Notes: generated by a model from the letters alone, not told the origin. A stretch of 64,000 nucleotides of DNA from an uncultured cyanobacterium (GCA_963749915.1 CAVVOP010000008.1:224001-288000), one strand, 5' to 3'; counted from the first letter of the stretch, positions 43,300 to 55,415 are shown. Made by a program: numbers and translations.

Positions 43300-45455
43300 T
43301 TAGCCTGACACAGTAGGACTGTCGTAGATAGGTAAAATAGGATCGATGATGTGGGAAAATTGAGATTGAGTTTCGAGTGGGTTATTGGCTGCTAAGACCG
43401 GCTGTGCTGCGGCGACTAATTGCAATGGCCGCATCATTTCGTGATCTTCGTGGGAGAGGATGTGGCAGTGCCAAACATAGTTTCCAGCACCAGCACCGAA
43501 GGGATCTTCTGTAAGCAAAGCCTGATCGTATTTGGCAACCATTAGAAGCCGCTCGCCTGGATTGACGATCGCCGTATCTTTGAAGCCCATCTCATAAGCT
43601 GCCGCAGGGTTTGCCTTCCCCAGCAGGGTAATATCGTTGGTATTGACTAACCCATCGCCATTGGTATCCGCAAATTTAGAGGTCAGATACGCACCCCCAC
43701 TCATCAGGGCATCTGTGCCAGTGGGATCGGGCGTAAGGGTGAATGCAATTTTCTGCCGTTCCAGAACTTGAAACTCCGTGCCATGCAGGTGAATGGGGTG
43801 GGAATCAGGTGTGGTGTTGTAAACTTCAAACAACGTGTATTCTCCTGCCACAACAGTTTCTGCAGGGGCTGCTTTAGAGAAGCCTACTCCAGGATTGTCA
43901 GGTTGATCGCCCTCAACTAATAGACCGGTGTCTGGATCTTCTGACCAAAGAAGAGAGCCTTCGTTGACCGTTCCCAAATGAGGGAAGAGACGTCCATAAT
44001 TGTCTAACCCTTCAAAAACTGCCAGGGCGTGTGCTCCTGGAGCAGTTGTCGCACCAAGATCTCCTATTGTTACCGCTCCGGTGTCTGGATTTACTATTGG
44101 ACCGGTACCTTGCCAAGTACCACCAGCATTCTTAGTCCAGACCGGAATTGTGTCAGCGATGTCGGGCCGCAAATCGACCTGCCATTGGGGTATTCCTGTA
44201 TCGGGATTAACCTCGTTAGCAACGGTGAGCGGCTGATCAACGATAAACTGCATGATTTGCCCGGTGGTTTGGGGATTATTGAAAATCGGGCGGGCCCCCG
44301 TTCCTCCCTGCTCGTTACTGAGCGTCAGGGTTTTACCGGCTTGTTTGGAAAAGTCAATAATGACGTCATAGCGTTCCCCAGGTCCCATAGTTAGATCTCG
44401 AGTGGGGACGGCAGGACCATCTAGTAGGCCATTATCGGAACCGATGACTTGAAAATCCAAACCTCTGGGTAGCTTCAAAGTATAGAAACGTGAGTCTGAC
44501 CCGTTAAGGAATCGGAAGCGATAAGCGCGCGGTTCAACATTGAGTTTTGGCCATGCTTGCCCGTTCACAACGATCACGTCGCCCCCATATTCAGCCACTA
44601 CCGTGGGGGCATGGGGTCGGCAGGGTCGCCGGGGAATGGATTTACAGTGCCGAAGGCATCCACGCCGGGAACGGCTGGTACTACTGGATTACCAGGTCCC
44701 GCTAAGGGATCGCCAGGAATCGCTGGATAGTAAAGATTCCCAGTCGTATCGAAGGTTTTATCCTGAATGACGATGGGAAATTCATAACCAACTTCGGTGC
44801 CTGTACCAAAATAGTTGACAGGTAGATCGAGAGGATTTTCATCAACACCTGGAGTCAAGGGGTCATCTGGAGTACCTGTATCTTGGTCATCGCGGATGAT
44901 GTAGAAGCCTGCAAGTCCGGCATAGACATTTAGGCGCGTAATCCCTAGGGCATGATCGTGATACCAGATGTTCGCAGGATCTTGAGCGTTGCGATAGGTA
45001 TAGATTTGTGAATCCAGGAAAGCATTGTTGGCAAAGGGATTTCCATCAGAAGAGGCGACTGTCAGACCCCCATGGACGTGAGGTTGCACGTGAACACCCC
45101 CTTCAAGACTTGGCGTAGCACCATGGGGGGTAGTATCGGCATCTAGAAGGTGAGTCTCTGGAAGCCCATTAATCCACTTGACGGAAATCGGGACATCCTT
45201 CTTCGCCACGATTGTGGGGCCTAAGTAGTTGAGACCTAGCTGATCCCAGAGCGGTGCATCGGTGCTGTGATAACCCCAGGCGGTTGTTGTGGTAAAAGCA
45301 AGCAAGCCAAAGTTATGAGTACCATCTCTCATGGTGATCTCGTAGGGGTTTACCCTCATAGAATCAGTGGCATCAATGAAAAGTCCTGGCGTGAGAAGGT
45401 TTGGTAGAGTATTTTGGAATTTAACAACTGTTTTTGGGTCTAGTTTTGTAACCAT
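43300..45455 (-). pseudogene. Multicopper oxidase (CotA/bilirubin oxidase-like) split by a 1-nt frameshift at ~44605 (real or assembly error)
   Basis: HVHG and WYHDH in the first ORF; HPIHLH and HCHILSHEDHEM in the second; one extra base in the G5 run fuses them. Confidence 0.85.
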
Positions 45456-46041
45456 TTTGAATTCTCCTTAACATTGATTAAATTTAAACAGGTAAATAGA
45501 CACCGGGCCCAAAAAGGAAGATGCTTCTGAGTACCTTTTTTCTTTTGAGCAAATACTATTTTTGGCATTGCTGAATCAAGATCTGAAATTTCAAGATTGA
45601 CAGACTACTAGTCACAATCGATGCCCACCCCGCGGAATGGGCGATCCCAATTCCTGATTTCACTCCATTTCCATTTTTTAGTGTTATACTTGGATGCACA
45701 GTAAAATGGAGATTTTTCAATTTACTTGTATTTTGTCGTTTGTAGTAAATGCGTAAGCATAATTCTATGATTACGTATTTTCCTTTAAGTTTATTCCATA
45801 TATTGAATTTGCTTTATATTTTAGCTCATTTAGCTCAAGATTTATAACAATTCCTTATGATCAACTCTATTCTTAAAAAAAATAAGTATTTCTAAATAAT
45901 TCTTTACACAATCTTTATCTAAATTTCACTAAATAGTTAAGTATTTTTACTAGGGAATTATTGTTACTGGGCAGGATAGTATTTACTGTTGGGTAAATAT
46001 TTAATTGTAAGTTTTAACAATACAATAATACCAAATAATTA

Positions 46042-47121
46042 TTAGTCGTCCATTTGCCAAGGTTGGGCTAAATTATCTTCATCGAGGATTTTTTTCGGTC
46101 TTAAAATCAATAATAATTGACCTAAAATTTTACAATTGGGAGTGGATTCAAACCAGTTAAATTTTAATTTTTCGTCTTCTTCCACTAACCAATAATGATT
46201 AACACTCCATTCTTTAACCCCCAAGTCAACGACTGTTAATAATTCCTCAGATTTAGTGCTAGTTTCCTTGGGTAAGTCTTCAGTGCGACAAAAAATTACG
46301 GTGGGATGTTGTGCTTTTAAAATTACCTGCCACCGAGGAATACAAACGACCTCAGTATCTTCCTTAATCTTAATTAAGCCATAGGGTTCGATCAATTCAA
46401 AAATTGGTATATTTTCCAAATCTGGAGATGTTAGGGGAAATCTGCCAGCGATGGGCAACAGACAAGGTAATTCTTCTTCCGTTTCCAAACGGTATATAGG
46501 AAATAAAGGGGCGTTTTGTTTTGGGGTAGATGTAGCCGCTTCTGTTAATAATTGCTCAATTTGTTGTCTAGCCGTGGTGGAATGGGCAAATTTTAATCCT
46601 TCTGCTATCAAACGAGCTTTATCGGCTAAAGTTTTTTTCTGACGGGCATTTTTCCAATGTTGATAAGCTACAGCATCCCCTGGGTGAAGAGTAAAACCTG
46701 TTGGCGGTTGAGAAAGATGGGAAAAGTATTTCACGGCCTTAGCGATTTCTTTGGCACCATCTACGTCTAAGTGTTTTTCTTTGGCTAAAATAGCAGCGGA
46801 AAGTCTTTCTTGATGATTTAAAATCCTTAACTCATATAATACATCGCTGCGAGGACCACGATAATAAGTTAATAAATCTTCTTGTGCATCACCCTTAATT
46901 AAACTATCGTAAACTTGAGCAGCAACGATGACTAAATTTTGTTGGCTAGTTTGTAATCCTGTGCCTTCAAATATTTCCTGACTATTAACTCCTCCCTGTT
47001 GCAGTTTTTGACAGGCTTTTCCCCAATCTACCCAAGACCCTTCTTTATGTAATAATGATGTCATAATATTTTCTTTTTCTTCTGGGGTGAGGGGATTATT
47101 ATTAGTCTTATTTTCTGTCAT
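46042..47121 (-). CDS. raf1: RuBisCO accumulation factor 1
   Basis: KEGSWVDWG, IFE.TG, QN..IVAAQVY, LYELRIL, LRPKK, WQMDD. Confidence 0.93.
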   Translation of the reverse strand: MTENKTNNNPLTPEEKENIMTSLLHKEGSWVDWGKACQKLQQGGVNSQEIFEGTGLQTSQQNLVIVAAQVYDSLIKGDAQEDLLTYYRGPRSDVLYELRILNHQERLSAAILAKEKHLDVDGAKEIAKAVKYFSHLSQPPTGFTLHPGDAVAYQHWKNARQKKTLADKARLIAEGLKFAHSTTARQQIEQLLTEAATSTPKQNAPLFPIYRLETEEELPCLLPIAGRFPLTSPDLENIPIFELIEPYGLIKIKEDTEVVCIPRWQVILKAQHPTVIFCRTEDLPKETSTKSEELLTVVDLGVKEWSVNHYWLVEEDEKLKFNWFESTPNCKILGQLLLILRPKKILDEDNLAQPWQMDD

Positions 47122-47286
47122 CGCTTGATCATGATTGGGATTTATATTGATTAATCTAAGGTCATTATAGATGACAACGGTTAATGTAGGGGGTATTAGC
47201 GAAATTTATCTTACACTCTCAATGAACGGTAATTTATTAGTTTTAGGGATGGGGTGTATGAATTATCGAAACCCCCGAAGAAAATG

Positions 47287-47928
47287 TTACATCGTTAATT
47301 GTTGATGTTGACTCCATCTCTGACGATAAATTACTTCTAAATCACTTCCAGCTTTCCTAAAAATACGCACTTGATTAAACCAAAAAGCCTGAAATAATCT
47401 ATAAAAAATCACGCTAATAATAGCGATAATTAAGCCCACTGCGGTGGAAATTAAAGATTCCCCTATACCTTGAGTAACTCCTGAAGTAGAGGCCGTGCCT
47501 AAATCGCTGAGAGAAATTGAACCGAGGGATCTAATTAACCCCAATACGGTACCTAATAATCCTAAAAGGGGAGATAAGGCAATAACACCCTCCAAAATTT
47601 TATCACCTTTCCGCATTAAGGCTAACTCGTCATCAGCTCCTGTTTCTAAGGCTAAATGGAATACTTCTGGATCGGGATTGTCTAATTGTAAGGGGGTATT
47701 TAAGAATTTACCTAGTGGGTGGTTACGGTATCTTGAGGTAATTTCTCCTGCTTTTGCCCAATTAGTTGTCGCCGCATCCATTATACTGTTCAAAATTTGT
47801 TCTTCTTTGATGAGTACTTTTGACCAAAAGAAAATACGTTCTATAGTAGTACCCAAGGCAAGGATTGATAAGAATAAGAGAGGCCAAATCGCTACACCAC
47901 CTTTCTCAATTAATTCTGCTAAAGTCAT
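47287..47928 (-). CDS. MotA/TolQ/ExbB proton channel family protein
   Basis: [25 protein letters not shown]. Confidence 0.92.
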   Translation of the reverse strand: MTLAELIEKGGVAIWPLLFLSILALGTTIERIFFWSKVLIKEEQILNSIMDAATTNWAKAGEITSRYRNHPLGKFLNTPLQLDNPDPEVFHLALETGADDELALMRKGDKILEGVIALSPLLGLLGTVLGLIRSLGSISLSDLGTASTSGVTQGIGESLISTAVGLIIAIISVIFYRLFQAFWFNQVRIFRKAGSDLEVIYRQRWSQHQQLTM

Positions 47929-47984
47929 TGATTTTTATTCCTCTATCTTAATATTAATTTTCATTAACCAATTATCTTGTAAGA

Positions 47985-48010
47985 ATTGACAATTGACAAT
48001 TGACAGTTAA
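47985..48010. repeat. STRR-like heptamer tandem repeat (ATTGACA)n
   Basis: ATTGACA x3; related arrays near 845, 6135, 56087, 62278 and 63768. Confidence 0.7.
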
Positions 48011-48141
48011 TTTTCCCTTGCTTATTATCCAATAGACTTCTCCAGACAAGATTATTTTGGCACGGTGGAATGATTCTTTCAGTCCTATTTTTTCAATTAT
48101 GGGAGAGGACTAACGCCTCTATTGCTTTGATTGAGCAAAGT

Positions 48142-48642
48142 TTATTGATTTTCTTGCCAGTAATAATAGAGTAAGTAGTATAATTTTACAACTTCTTCAT
48201 CATTCATTTGTCTATTATTAATATTGAATAAAAAAGATTCCATAAAAGATACAATCCACGCTAATTCCTGTTTCGGGACAAAATTCTCTAATTCTAAAAG
48301 GGTTTCTTTCGCTTCTTGTATGACGTCATTCTGTTCTTGTTCAATGGGAGTAGAACGTTTAAGAGGATCTCTTTCAACGGCGGCAAAAGCTTGAGAAACT
48401 GCTTGAGCAATTTTACGTCTTAAGACACTGTCTTGTTTCAGTTTTCTTCGTTGTCTTTCGATGCCTTCTAAAGACGAGGCGTAAAGGTTAGGGAGACGAT
48501 TTAGAGCAAAAGTTGCCACCTCCAATAAATTCAAATAGCCTTTGATATTACCTAAAGTTTGATTATTGGTTAATTGATGCTGGATTTCATCATCGACGAA
48601 AATTTCCATAACATTTTTATAGGTTTTTTGTTCTTGTGGCAT
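48142..48642 (-). CDS. ComFB family protein
   Basis: NVME..V, ALNRLP.LY, DPL. Confidence 0.82.
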   Translation of the reverse strand: MPQEQKTYKNVMEIFVDDEIQHQLTNNQTLGNIKGYLNLLEVATFALNRLPNLYASSLEGIERQRRKLKQDSVLRRKIAQAVSQAFAAVERDPLKRSTPIEQEQNDVIQEAKETLLELENFVPKQELAWIVSFMESFLFNINNRQMNDEEVVKLYYLLYYYWQENQ

Positions 48643-48739
48643 AGTAATATCTATTTTTTCTTATACTACTTAAATGTATTTGAAATGCAGTTTAATTATT
48701 AATTAATAATTGTTGCTGTTTATGGCTTCTATTTTTTAA

Positions 48740-50542
48740 TTATGAATTATTCTTAAGTTTATCTGACAAAATTTTCGCTACTTCTTCTATGGCCAGATCT
48801 CGAGATTCTTTTGTGGCCCTAGTCACTAATTCTACCTTCCCCTCTTTTAAAGATCTTCCCGTCACAATGCGATAGGGAATCCCGATTAAATCCGCATCTT
48901 TAAATTTTACCCCCGCTCGTTCGTCTCTGTCATCTAACAAGGCTTCAATTCCTGCTTGATTCAATTCTTGATAGAGTTTTTCGGCGACTTTTACTTGTGC
49001 TTCATCCTTGATGTTGGGTACAACCACGGTAACATGATAGGGTGCGATGGCGTTGGGCCAGATAATACCATCTTTATCGTAGGATTGTTCCACTGCCGCC
49101 TGTGCTAAACGGGATACTCCAATACCATAACATCCCATCACAAAGGGCTTTTCTGTGCCGTCTTCCGCAGTATAAGTTGCACCCATAGCCTCAGAATATT
49201 TTGTTCCTAATTGGAAAATATGCCCGACTTCAATCCCCCTGGTGATTTGTAATATTTGACTAGGATCATGAATTGCACGATCGCCAACTTGAGCCTTACG
49301 AATATCAACGATTAACTTAGGTAACGTGAACTCTTGTCCCCAATTTGCCCCTACCACATGATAACCTGACTCATTGCTCCCCGTCACGAAATTTTCAAGA
49401 TCGATCACTGTTTGATCTGCCATTCTTAAAAAAGTACTCTCAACTTGCCCTGACTTTGCAATATAATCATCCCTTAAATTGGGAGCGATATAGCCTAAAG
49501 GTAAAGGTTTCGCCGCCCATTTTTGTTGAGCATTTTGATCTGGTACTGTTAAACTAAGAATAGTTTGAGCTTTATAATTAGGGGCTAATTTTAGCAACTC
49601 ATTTTGTAATTTGACTTCGTTAACTTCTTGATCCCCTCTAATATTTACTAGAATTAATACTATTTTCTCTGAATCATAGATAGCCTGATATAAAATATTT
49701 TTAACAATATTAGTCGCCGAACATTGCAAAAATCCTGTTACTTTAGCAATAGTTTCAGCATTGGGAGTCGCTTTTTTTTCATAACTATTAAAAGGAGATT
49801 GAATGACATCCCCAGGCAGTGAAACCGCTTTTTCGACGTTTGCCGCATATTTGCCATCTTCAGTATAGACAATATCATCTTCTCCAGCATCCGCCAATAC
49901 CATAAACTCCTGAGATCCAGATCCCCCAATGGCCCCAGAATCGGCTTCTACCGCTCGAAAACTTAAGCCACATCGACTTAAAATGTTACGGTAGGCCTGA
50001 TCCATATCCTGATATGTTTGTTTTAAGCTGTCAGTGTCTGTGTGGAAAGAATAACCATCTTTCATGATAAATTCCCTACCGCGCATCAAGCCGAAACGAG
50101 GACGAATTTCGTCTCGGAATTTGGTTTGAATTTGATATAAATGTAAAGGTAATTGACGGTATGACTTAACCATATCTTTAGCGATGACAGTAATTACTTC
50201 CTCATGGGTAGGACCTAAACCTAACTCTCTTTGTTGACGATCTACTAAAGAAAACATGATACCTTCAGCTTTAGTATAAGTCTCCCAACGCCCCGATTCT
50301 TGCCATAACTCCGCCGGTTGAATTTGGGGTAATAAACACTCTTGTGCCCCCGTTGCATTCATTTCTTCTCGTACAATTTGTGACACTTTTTGTAAAACAC
50401 GCCACATCAGGGGAAGATAAGCATAAATACCACTGCCAATTCTCCGAATATAACCTGCTCGTAATAATAACTTATGACTCTTAATTTCTGCCTCTGCGGG
50501 ATCTTCACGCAAAGTTACTGATAACATTTGGGATAAACGCAT
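48740..50542 (-). CDS. proS: Proline-tRNA ligase
   Basis: [43 protein letters not shown]. Confidence 0.98.
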   Translation of the reverse strand: MRLSQMLSVTLREDPAEAEIKSHKLLLRAGYIRRIGSGIYAYLPLMWRVLQKVSQIVREEMNATGAQECLLPQIQPAELWQESGRWETYTKAEGIMFSLVDRQQRELGLGPTHEEVITVIAKDMVKSYRQLPLHLYQIQTKFRDEIRPRFGLMRGREFIMKDGYSFHTDTDSLKQTYQDMDQAYRNILSRCGLSFRAVEADSGAIGGSGSQEFMVLADAGEDDIVYTEDGKYAANVEKAVSLPGDVIQSPFNSYEKKATPNAETIAKVTGFLQCSATNIVKNILYQAIYDSEKIVLILVNIRGDQEVNEVKLQNELLKLAPNYKAQTILSLTVPDQNAQQKWAAKPLPLGYIAPNLRDDYIAKSGQVESTFLRMADQTVIDLENFVTGSNESGYHVVGANWGQEFTLPKLIVDIRKAQVGDRAIHDPSQILQITRGIEVGHIFQLGTKYSEAMGATYTAEDGTEKPFVMGCYGIGVSRLAQAAVEQSYDKDGIIWPNAIAPYHVTVVVPNIKDEAQVKVAEKLYQELNQAGIEALLDDRDERAGVKFKDADLIGIPYRIVTGRSLKEGKVELVTRATKESRDLAIEEVAKILSDKLKNNS

Positions 50543-50836
50543 AATCTAATTTCAGATAAGCTGACAACCTCACATTATATCGAGAAAGGGTGAGGGTATT
50601 CCGTCAAAGGTAGAGTTTAAATTATCTTATTTTATTTTATTTTATTTTTTATGTTCAAATCAAGAATTTAACTAGTCTTATCTATCAACCTTAATTGAAT
50701 TTAGTTTTAATGACTTTTTGTTATAAATTTGCTAAAATAAATTTGCAACAAAACTTATTTAATAAATAAATTAAACTTCCTTAATCTTCAAGTAAACCTT
50801 TAAACTCTTGATAAAGATAATCATTAAAAACTAAAT

Positions 50837-52066
50837 ATGTTAAGAAAAATACGCCATTTTATAGATTTATTTTTTACCAAATCAAGAAACATTAATAATG
50901 AGCCGATTAATAAAGTAAGTTTAACGGTTATTATTGTCATTGATCTGTTTATTCTTTTTAATGTTTTTGCAGGATTAGATGATATTAGTCGATGGCATTT
51001 AAGTCCCTCTCAAGCCTACCCTTGTTATGATCAATGGCAAAGTTATCAAGAAGAGACAATAGGCGATCGGGATTTTTCCATAGTAAGTGATGCCTTAAAT
51101 AAAGAAAAAATTTCTACACAAATCTACCAACTATCTGAAAAGGCCCATTTAGGAAAAGTATCTCCTATCTGTATTAATTTTGTCAGTCTTCAAGATAAGA
51201 TAAATCAACCAAATAATAAACTAATTTTTACTACCATAGGGGATAAACAAAAACAAATTGCATCCTTAGAAGAAAAAAACCGAACTATTCGTCGTCAATA
51301 TGACTCTAGTTTATTGGAAAAAATTGCTGGACAACCAAGTAATTTATCCATTAATGAAGTTGAAGCCCAAAAAGCAAAACAGGAATTAGATAAAAATAAC
51401 CTTAATATAACCAATCTTAGAAGAGAAATTGAGGAATTAAAACAACAATTATTAGACACTCCTGAAAGCATTGAGTTTCTTTCCTTATTCAATTCCCAGG
51501 TAAAATTTGAGGAAGTAAAACAAGGTTATCAAAACGCAGTATTTTGGTATCCGACTATTCAAATTATTTTTCAACTTATCTTTTTATTACCCCTAATATT
51601 TATTAGTTTATTTGTTCATAAATTTGCAATAGAAGGGGGCCATGGGCTAATTTCTTTGATGAGTTGGCATTTATTAGTAATCTTTTTTATTCCGTTGCTG
51701 ATAAAAGTATTTGAGTTTTTACAAGTAGGAGTAATTTTTGAATTTCTCTTCGATATTATTACCGTTATTTTTGGCGGATTACTATTTTTAATCAATTATT
51801 TATATATTTTTATTATTCCCGTCATTGGTTTTGGAATCATTAAATTTTTTCAGAAAGTTGTTTTTAATACAAAAACCCAAGCTGGTAAAAGAGTTGAAAA
51901 ATCTCGTTGTTTAAATTGTGGGAAAAAAATCCACGGCGGCCATCTTCATTGCCCCCATTGCGGTTATAGTCAATATATAGAATGCCATAATTGTCATAAT
52001 TTGACTTATAAATTTATGCCATATTGTCGTGACTGTGGTACACCACAAAGTGTTATTGAAAATTAA
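50837..52066 (+). CDS. Membrane protein with a coiled-coil loop and C-terminal double zinc ribbon
   Basis: TM helices and four CxxC pairs at the C-terminus. Confidence 0.75.
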   Translation: MLRKIRHFIDLFFTKSRNINNEPINKVSLTVIIVIDLFILFNVFAGLDDISRWHLSPSQAYPCYDQWQSYQEETIGDRDFSIVSDALNKEKISTQIYQLSEKAHLGKVSPICINFVSLQDKINQPNNKLIFTTIGDKQKQIASLEEKNRTIRRQYDSSLLEKIAGQPSNLSINEVEAQKAKQELDKNNLNITNLRREIEELKQQLLDTPESIEFLSLFNSQVKFEEVKQGYQNAVFWYPTIQIIFQLIFLLPLIFISLFVHKFAIEGGHGLISLMSWHLLVIFFIPLLIKVFEFLQVGVIFEFLFDIITVIFGGLLFLINYLYIFIIPVIGFGIIKFFQKVVFNTKTQAGKRVEKSRCLNCGKKIHGGHLHCPHCGYSQYIECHNCHNLTYKFMPYCRDCGTPQSVIEN

Positions 52067-52101
52067 CCATCGCCACCGAATCCAAAATTATATGGATTTT
52101 G

Positions 52102-52839
52102 TCAACATATGTTTATCTGTGCTAAATCAGAAATAACTACATCGGCGGTTTCTAAATGGGGTGCTTCAGGATATTTCCAACAAATACCGATAACCCCTGC
52201 TGCTTGGGCATTTTTTGCCATGACAATGTCTCCCTGAGAATCTCCTATCATCAAGGTATGTTGTGGTTTTACTGCCATTTTGGAACAAATCTGTAGGTAT
52301 AAACGAGGATCAGGTTTAGATAAACTACTATCAACCCCCATAATTAAGTCAATATAAGCCGTTAATTGGTGATTTTCGACAAATTCTCTGACTCCTTCGG
52401 TGGTATCTGCAGATAAAATCGCTACTTTTAATCCTTCTTGCTTCAGGGTTTGTAAAACTTCAAGACTTCCTGTAAATAACGGGGATGTGTTGCCTCGACT
52501 GGGAAAGAATTTTTCGGCATTACGAAAACATCAATCGGCAATTGCCAAGGATTCAAACCAACTCCTTCCCGTTTCAGCGATGTAACCTGCAGATACAATT
52601 TGATTTTCCCGGTTACTGCCAACTGCCATCAAACCAGTGGGATTAAGATAGTCATTTTCGATGCCAAAAGCCATTATTAAAGGCTCATAAATACCAGGTA
52701 TTTGTGCATCAATTAATCTTGCCCTTTTAAAGGCTAATTCTCGCAAAAAATTTTCTGAGTCAGCGAGTGTACCATCTTTGTCAAATATAATAGCTTCGAT
52801 ATTTTCAAAGGATTTTTTTTTACAGATAATAGTTTTCAT
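52102..52839 (-). pseudogene. HAD-family hydrolase interrupted by a single in-frame TGA at 52531-52533
   Basis: FDKDGTL motif I, then IAD*CFRNAE...AILSAD (motif II)...KPDP, MIGDS..D all in one frame. Confidence 0.85.
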
Positions 52840-52939
52840 AATAGTTATGTCACAAGGGTTTCTAATCTAGCTAACACTTCCTCAATCAAAGATTCTGAGG
52901 CTTTTTCCTTAATAAATAAACTGTTAACTCGAACTAATG

Positions 52940-54442
52940 TTAAATACTTAGCCACTGTGCAAGGGTTGGCGGTAAGGGTAATAAGATCGCAATTAATAAT
53001 GTTAACGCTAATAGCCCTAAAAAGTCTCTTCCATTATCTAATTCGGTGACATCATTTAAGGCTGGTTGATCTGTCACTGGCATAAATATTAAAATTATTG
53101 CCCATAATAAAAACTCCCCTCGTCCTAGGGCTAAAATAATGACTAGAAGACGGGTTATTTGTCCGATGACGATTGCTTTTCCTTGACCAAACATAGCATG
53201 AACTATATGTCCTCCGTCTAATTGTCCCACAGGCATTAAGTTTAAGGCGGTGATAATTAACCCAATATAACCAGCAACGGCGACAGGATGTAATGCGATC
53301 GCTTGATCTGCTACTAATTTACTACCTAAGACAATTTTACTGACAACGGAGAATAAGAGGGAAAAACGAGGATCTAATGCTTCAAAGTTTAACATATTTA
53401 CTCGATCAGGCATTGGCACTACGTTAGAATAGGCTAAACCCCATATTAATACTGGTATAGTTACTAAAAAACCCCCTAAAGGGCCAGCGATCGCCACATC
53501 AAAAACTGCTTTGCGATCAGGCATAGGAGATTTAATGGAGATAAAAGCACCAAAAGTTCCTAAAAAGAAGGGAATGGGGATGAAATAGGGTAAAGTTGTG
53601 CGAATGTGATAATAAACGGCAAAAAGATAATGACTTAATTCATGAACCCCTAAAATGGCTATCAAGCATAAGCTATAAGGTAATCCCTGCAAAATTAATT
53701 CAGGATGAGTTTCCAACTCCGATACTTGCATACCGCTAATCTCCGCACCGATGATGGTAGTAGTCAAAATGGTTAATAATAATAAAGCTAAAGCTATTCC
53801 GGGACGAGTTAATTTTTCTTGCGGTTGCTTTAGTTTAGCCTTCTCAGAATAAGGATTGGGTACTAATGCAAAAAAAGGTTGTCCCTGTAAGGTTTCTTGA
53901 AAGATGATTAAAAAGCGATCCTGAAAAACTTTTTCTAAATTATTTTTAATGGTTACATAGGCTTTTTCCGGGGCACTCATCAATTTTCCCGAACAAAGAA
54001 TGGCCTGGGGTAAATAGTCTATTTTCTGTAGATAATACACTCCCCAAGGGAAACAATCTCGTAAGGCTTTTTCTTCTTCTGCATTGATAGGGTGAGGCAC
54101 TTTATTTTTACCATTATCTGTTGATTCTGATTCATCAACGAGTTTTTCTAACTTTTCAATGGGTGTAGGGGATTGATTATCGGATTCTTTTTGCGGTATT
54201 CTCCCGATTTCAATTAACCAGATATACAATATGGGAGAAAGAAGTAACGGAATAATTATTAAAATCGGTGGCATGGAATTTTGACTAGGATTAATTAGAT
54301 ACCATCCTGCCCAAATTAAAGGGGGACTCATTAAGGCTAACCAGAGTAACCAAATGGGCGTTTTCGTGATTTTTCCTATATTTCGTTTAATTACTATGTA
54401 ACTAATAGTACTGAGCAAGAGAAAAAGAATAATTAATTCCAT
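52940..54442 (-). CDS. Site-2 protease (M50) family protein
   Basis: HELSH, AGPL, LNLMPVGQLDGGH. Confidence 0.92.
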   Translation of the reverse strand: MELIILFLLLSTISYIVIKRNIGKITKTPIWLLWLALMSPPLIWAGWYLINPSQNSMPPILIIIPLLLSPILYIWLIEIGRIPQKESDNQSPTPIEKLEKLVDESESTDNGKNKVPHPINAEEEKALRDCFPWGVYYLQKIDYLPQAILCSGKLMSAPEKAYVTIKNNLEKVFQDRFLIIFQETLQGQPFFALVPNPYSEKAKLKQPQEKLTRPGIALALLLLTILTTTIIGAEISGMQVSELETHPELILQGLPYSLCLIAILGVHELSHYLFAVYYHIRTTLPYFIPIPFFLGTFGAFISIKSPMPDRKAVFDVAIAGPLGGFLVTIPVLIWGLAYSNVVPMPDRVNMLNFEALDPRFSLLFSVVSKIVLGSKLVADQAIALHPVAVAGYIGLIITALNLMPVGQLDGGHIVHAMFGQGKAIVIGQITRLLVIILALGRGEFLLWAIILIFMPVTDQPALNDVTELDNGRDFLGLLALTLLIAILLPLPPTLAQWLSI

Positions 54443-54527
54443 GTTTATTTATAATGGTAAGGCTGTTCGCTATTTTTTGAGGATTATCTTGAAAAAAAGA
54501 AGATAGTAAATAACCAATAATTAAAAA

Positions 54528-55202
54528 ATGAACCCTAACCTTAATTCTACAGAAAAAAATAACCAAGAGACGAACCACATCAACCCTCGTTATAAATCTC
54601 CTAAGCTTGTTTTAGAAAATATTTTTGCTTTTTCTCCTAATCGGGACACCTTGGGGGGCACTTCTTACTTATTGATTCATGGTCAGGGAAACGTTTTAAT
54701 TGATTGTCCATCATGGCACGAATTTAACCGAAAATTTTGTCTTGACAAGGGGGGAGTGAAACATTTATTTTTAACCAATCGTGATGGTATCAGTAAACAT
54801 ATTGATCAAATTAAAAAAGATCTTAATTGTGATGTAATTATTCAAGAACAAGAGGCTTATTTATTACCCCATCAGGACCCCATTACTTTCATTCAAGATT
54901 ATACCCTTTATGATGATTGCGAGTTAATATGGACACCGGGTTATTCTCCCGGATCTGCTTGCTTATATTATGCTGATCATGGTGGAGTTTTATTTTCAGG
55001 AAGGCATTTGTTACCCACTGGCAACAATCAAGTTACTGCTTTAAAATTGAAAAAAACTTTTCATCATCCAAGACAATTAAGCAGTGTTAAGTTATTATGC
55101 GATCGCTTTTCAGAAGATAACTTAAAATATATTTGTCCGGGTGCTAATACGGGATATTTACGGGGCAAAAGTTTTGTTGAAGATGCTTACAATCAGATTT
55201 AA
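54528..55202 (+). CDS. MBL-fold metallo-hydrolase-like protein
   Basis: PNRDTLGGTSY, NVLIDCP, WTPG.SPGS. Confidence 0.8.
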   Translation: MNPNLNSTEKNNQETNHINPRYKSPKLVLENIFAFSPNRDTLGGTSYLLIHGQGNVLIDCPSWHEFNRKFCLDKGGVKHLFLTNRDGISKHIDQIKKDLNCDVIIQEQEAYLLPHQDPITFIQDYTLYDDCELIWTPGYSPGSACLYYADHGGVLFSGRHLLPTGNNQVTALKLKKTFHHPRQLSSVKLLCDRFSEDNLKYICPGANTGYLRGKSFVEDAYNQI

Positions 55203-55258
55203 AGAGGCAGTACCCGCGTCGGCGAAAGACGCACTTGGCAGCGCACCAAGAGAGAGGT

Positions 55259-55363
55259 CAGAAGAGAATAAATTCGTGAAAATTCTAGTTCTGAATTTTG
55301 AATTTTGAATTCTGAATTTCCCTGACCATGACGTTTTTGCCACTAACCGAACAGTATTGCTAT
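55259..55363. repeat. Dispersed repeat family B (copy 2) with a TTYTGAA heptamer core
   Basis: AATAAATTCGTG shared with 60090; four TTYTGAA heptamers; end similar to 35556 and 60127. Confidence 0.55.
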
Positions 55364-55415
55364 TGCCTATCCACCTGTCCACCTTGTCTTTCTGACCACG
55401 AACTCCGAACTCAAT

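Noticed and set aside
52531..52533. Selenocysteine recoding of the in-frame TGA
   Set aside because: The position is not a catalytic Cys site of HAD enzymes, and no SECIS-like hairpin is evident directly downstream.
55158..55382. 74-aa ORF containing KFRIQNSKFR
   Set aside because: It is a translation of the heptamer repeat element, not a credible gene.
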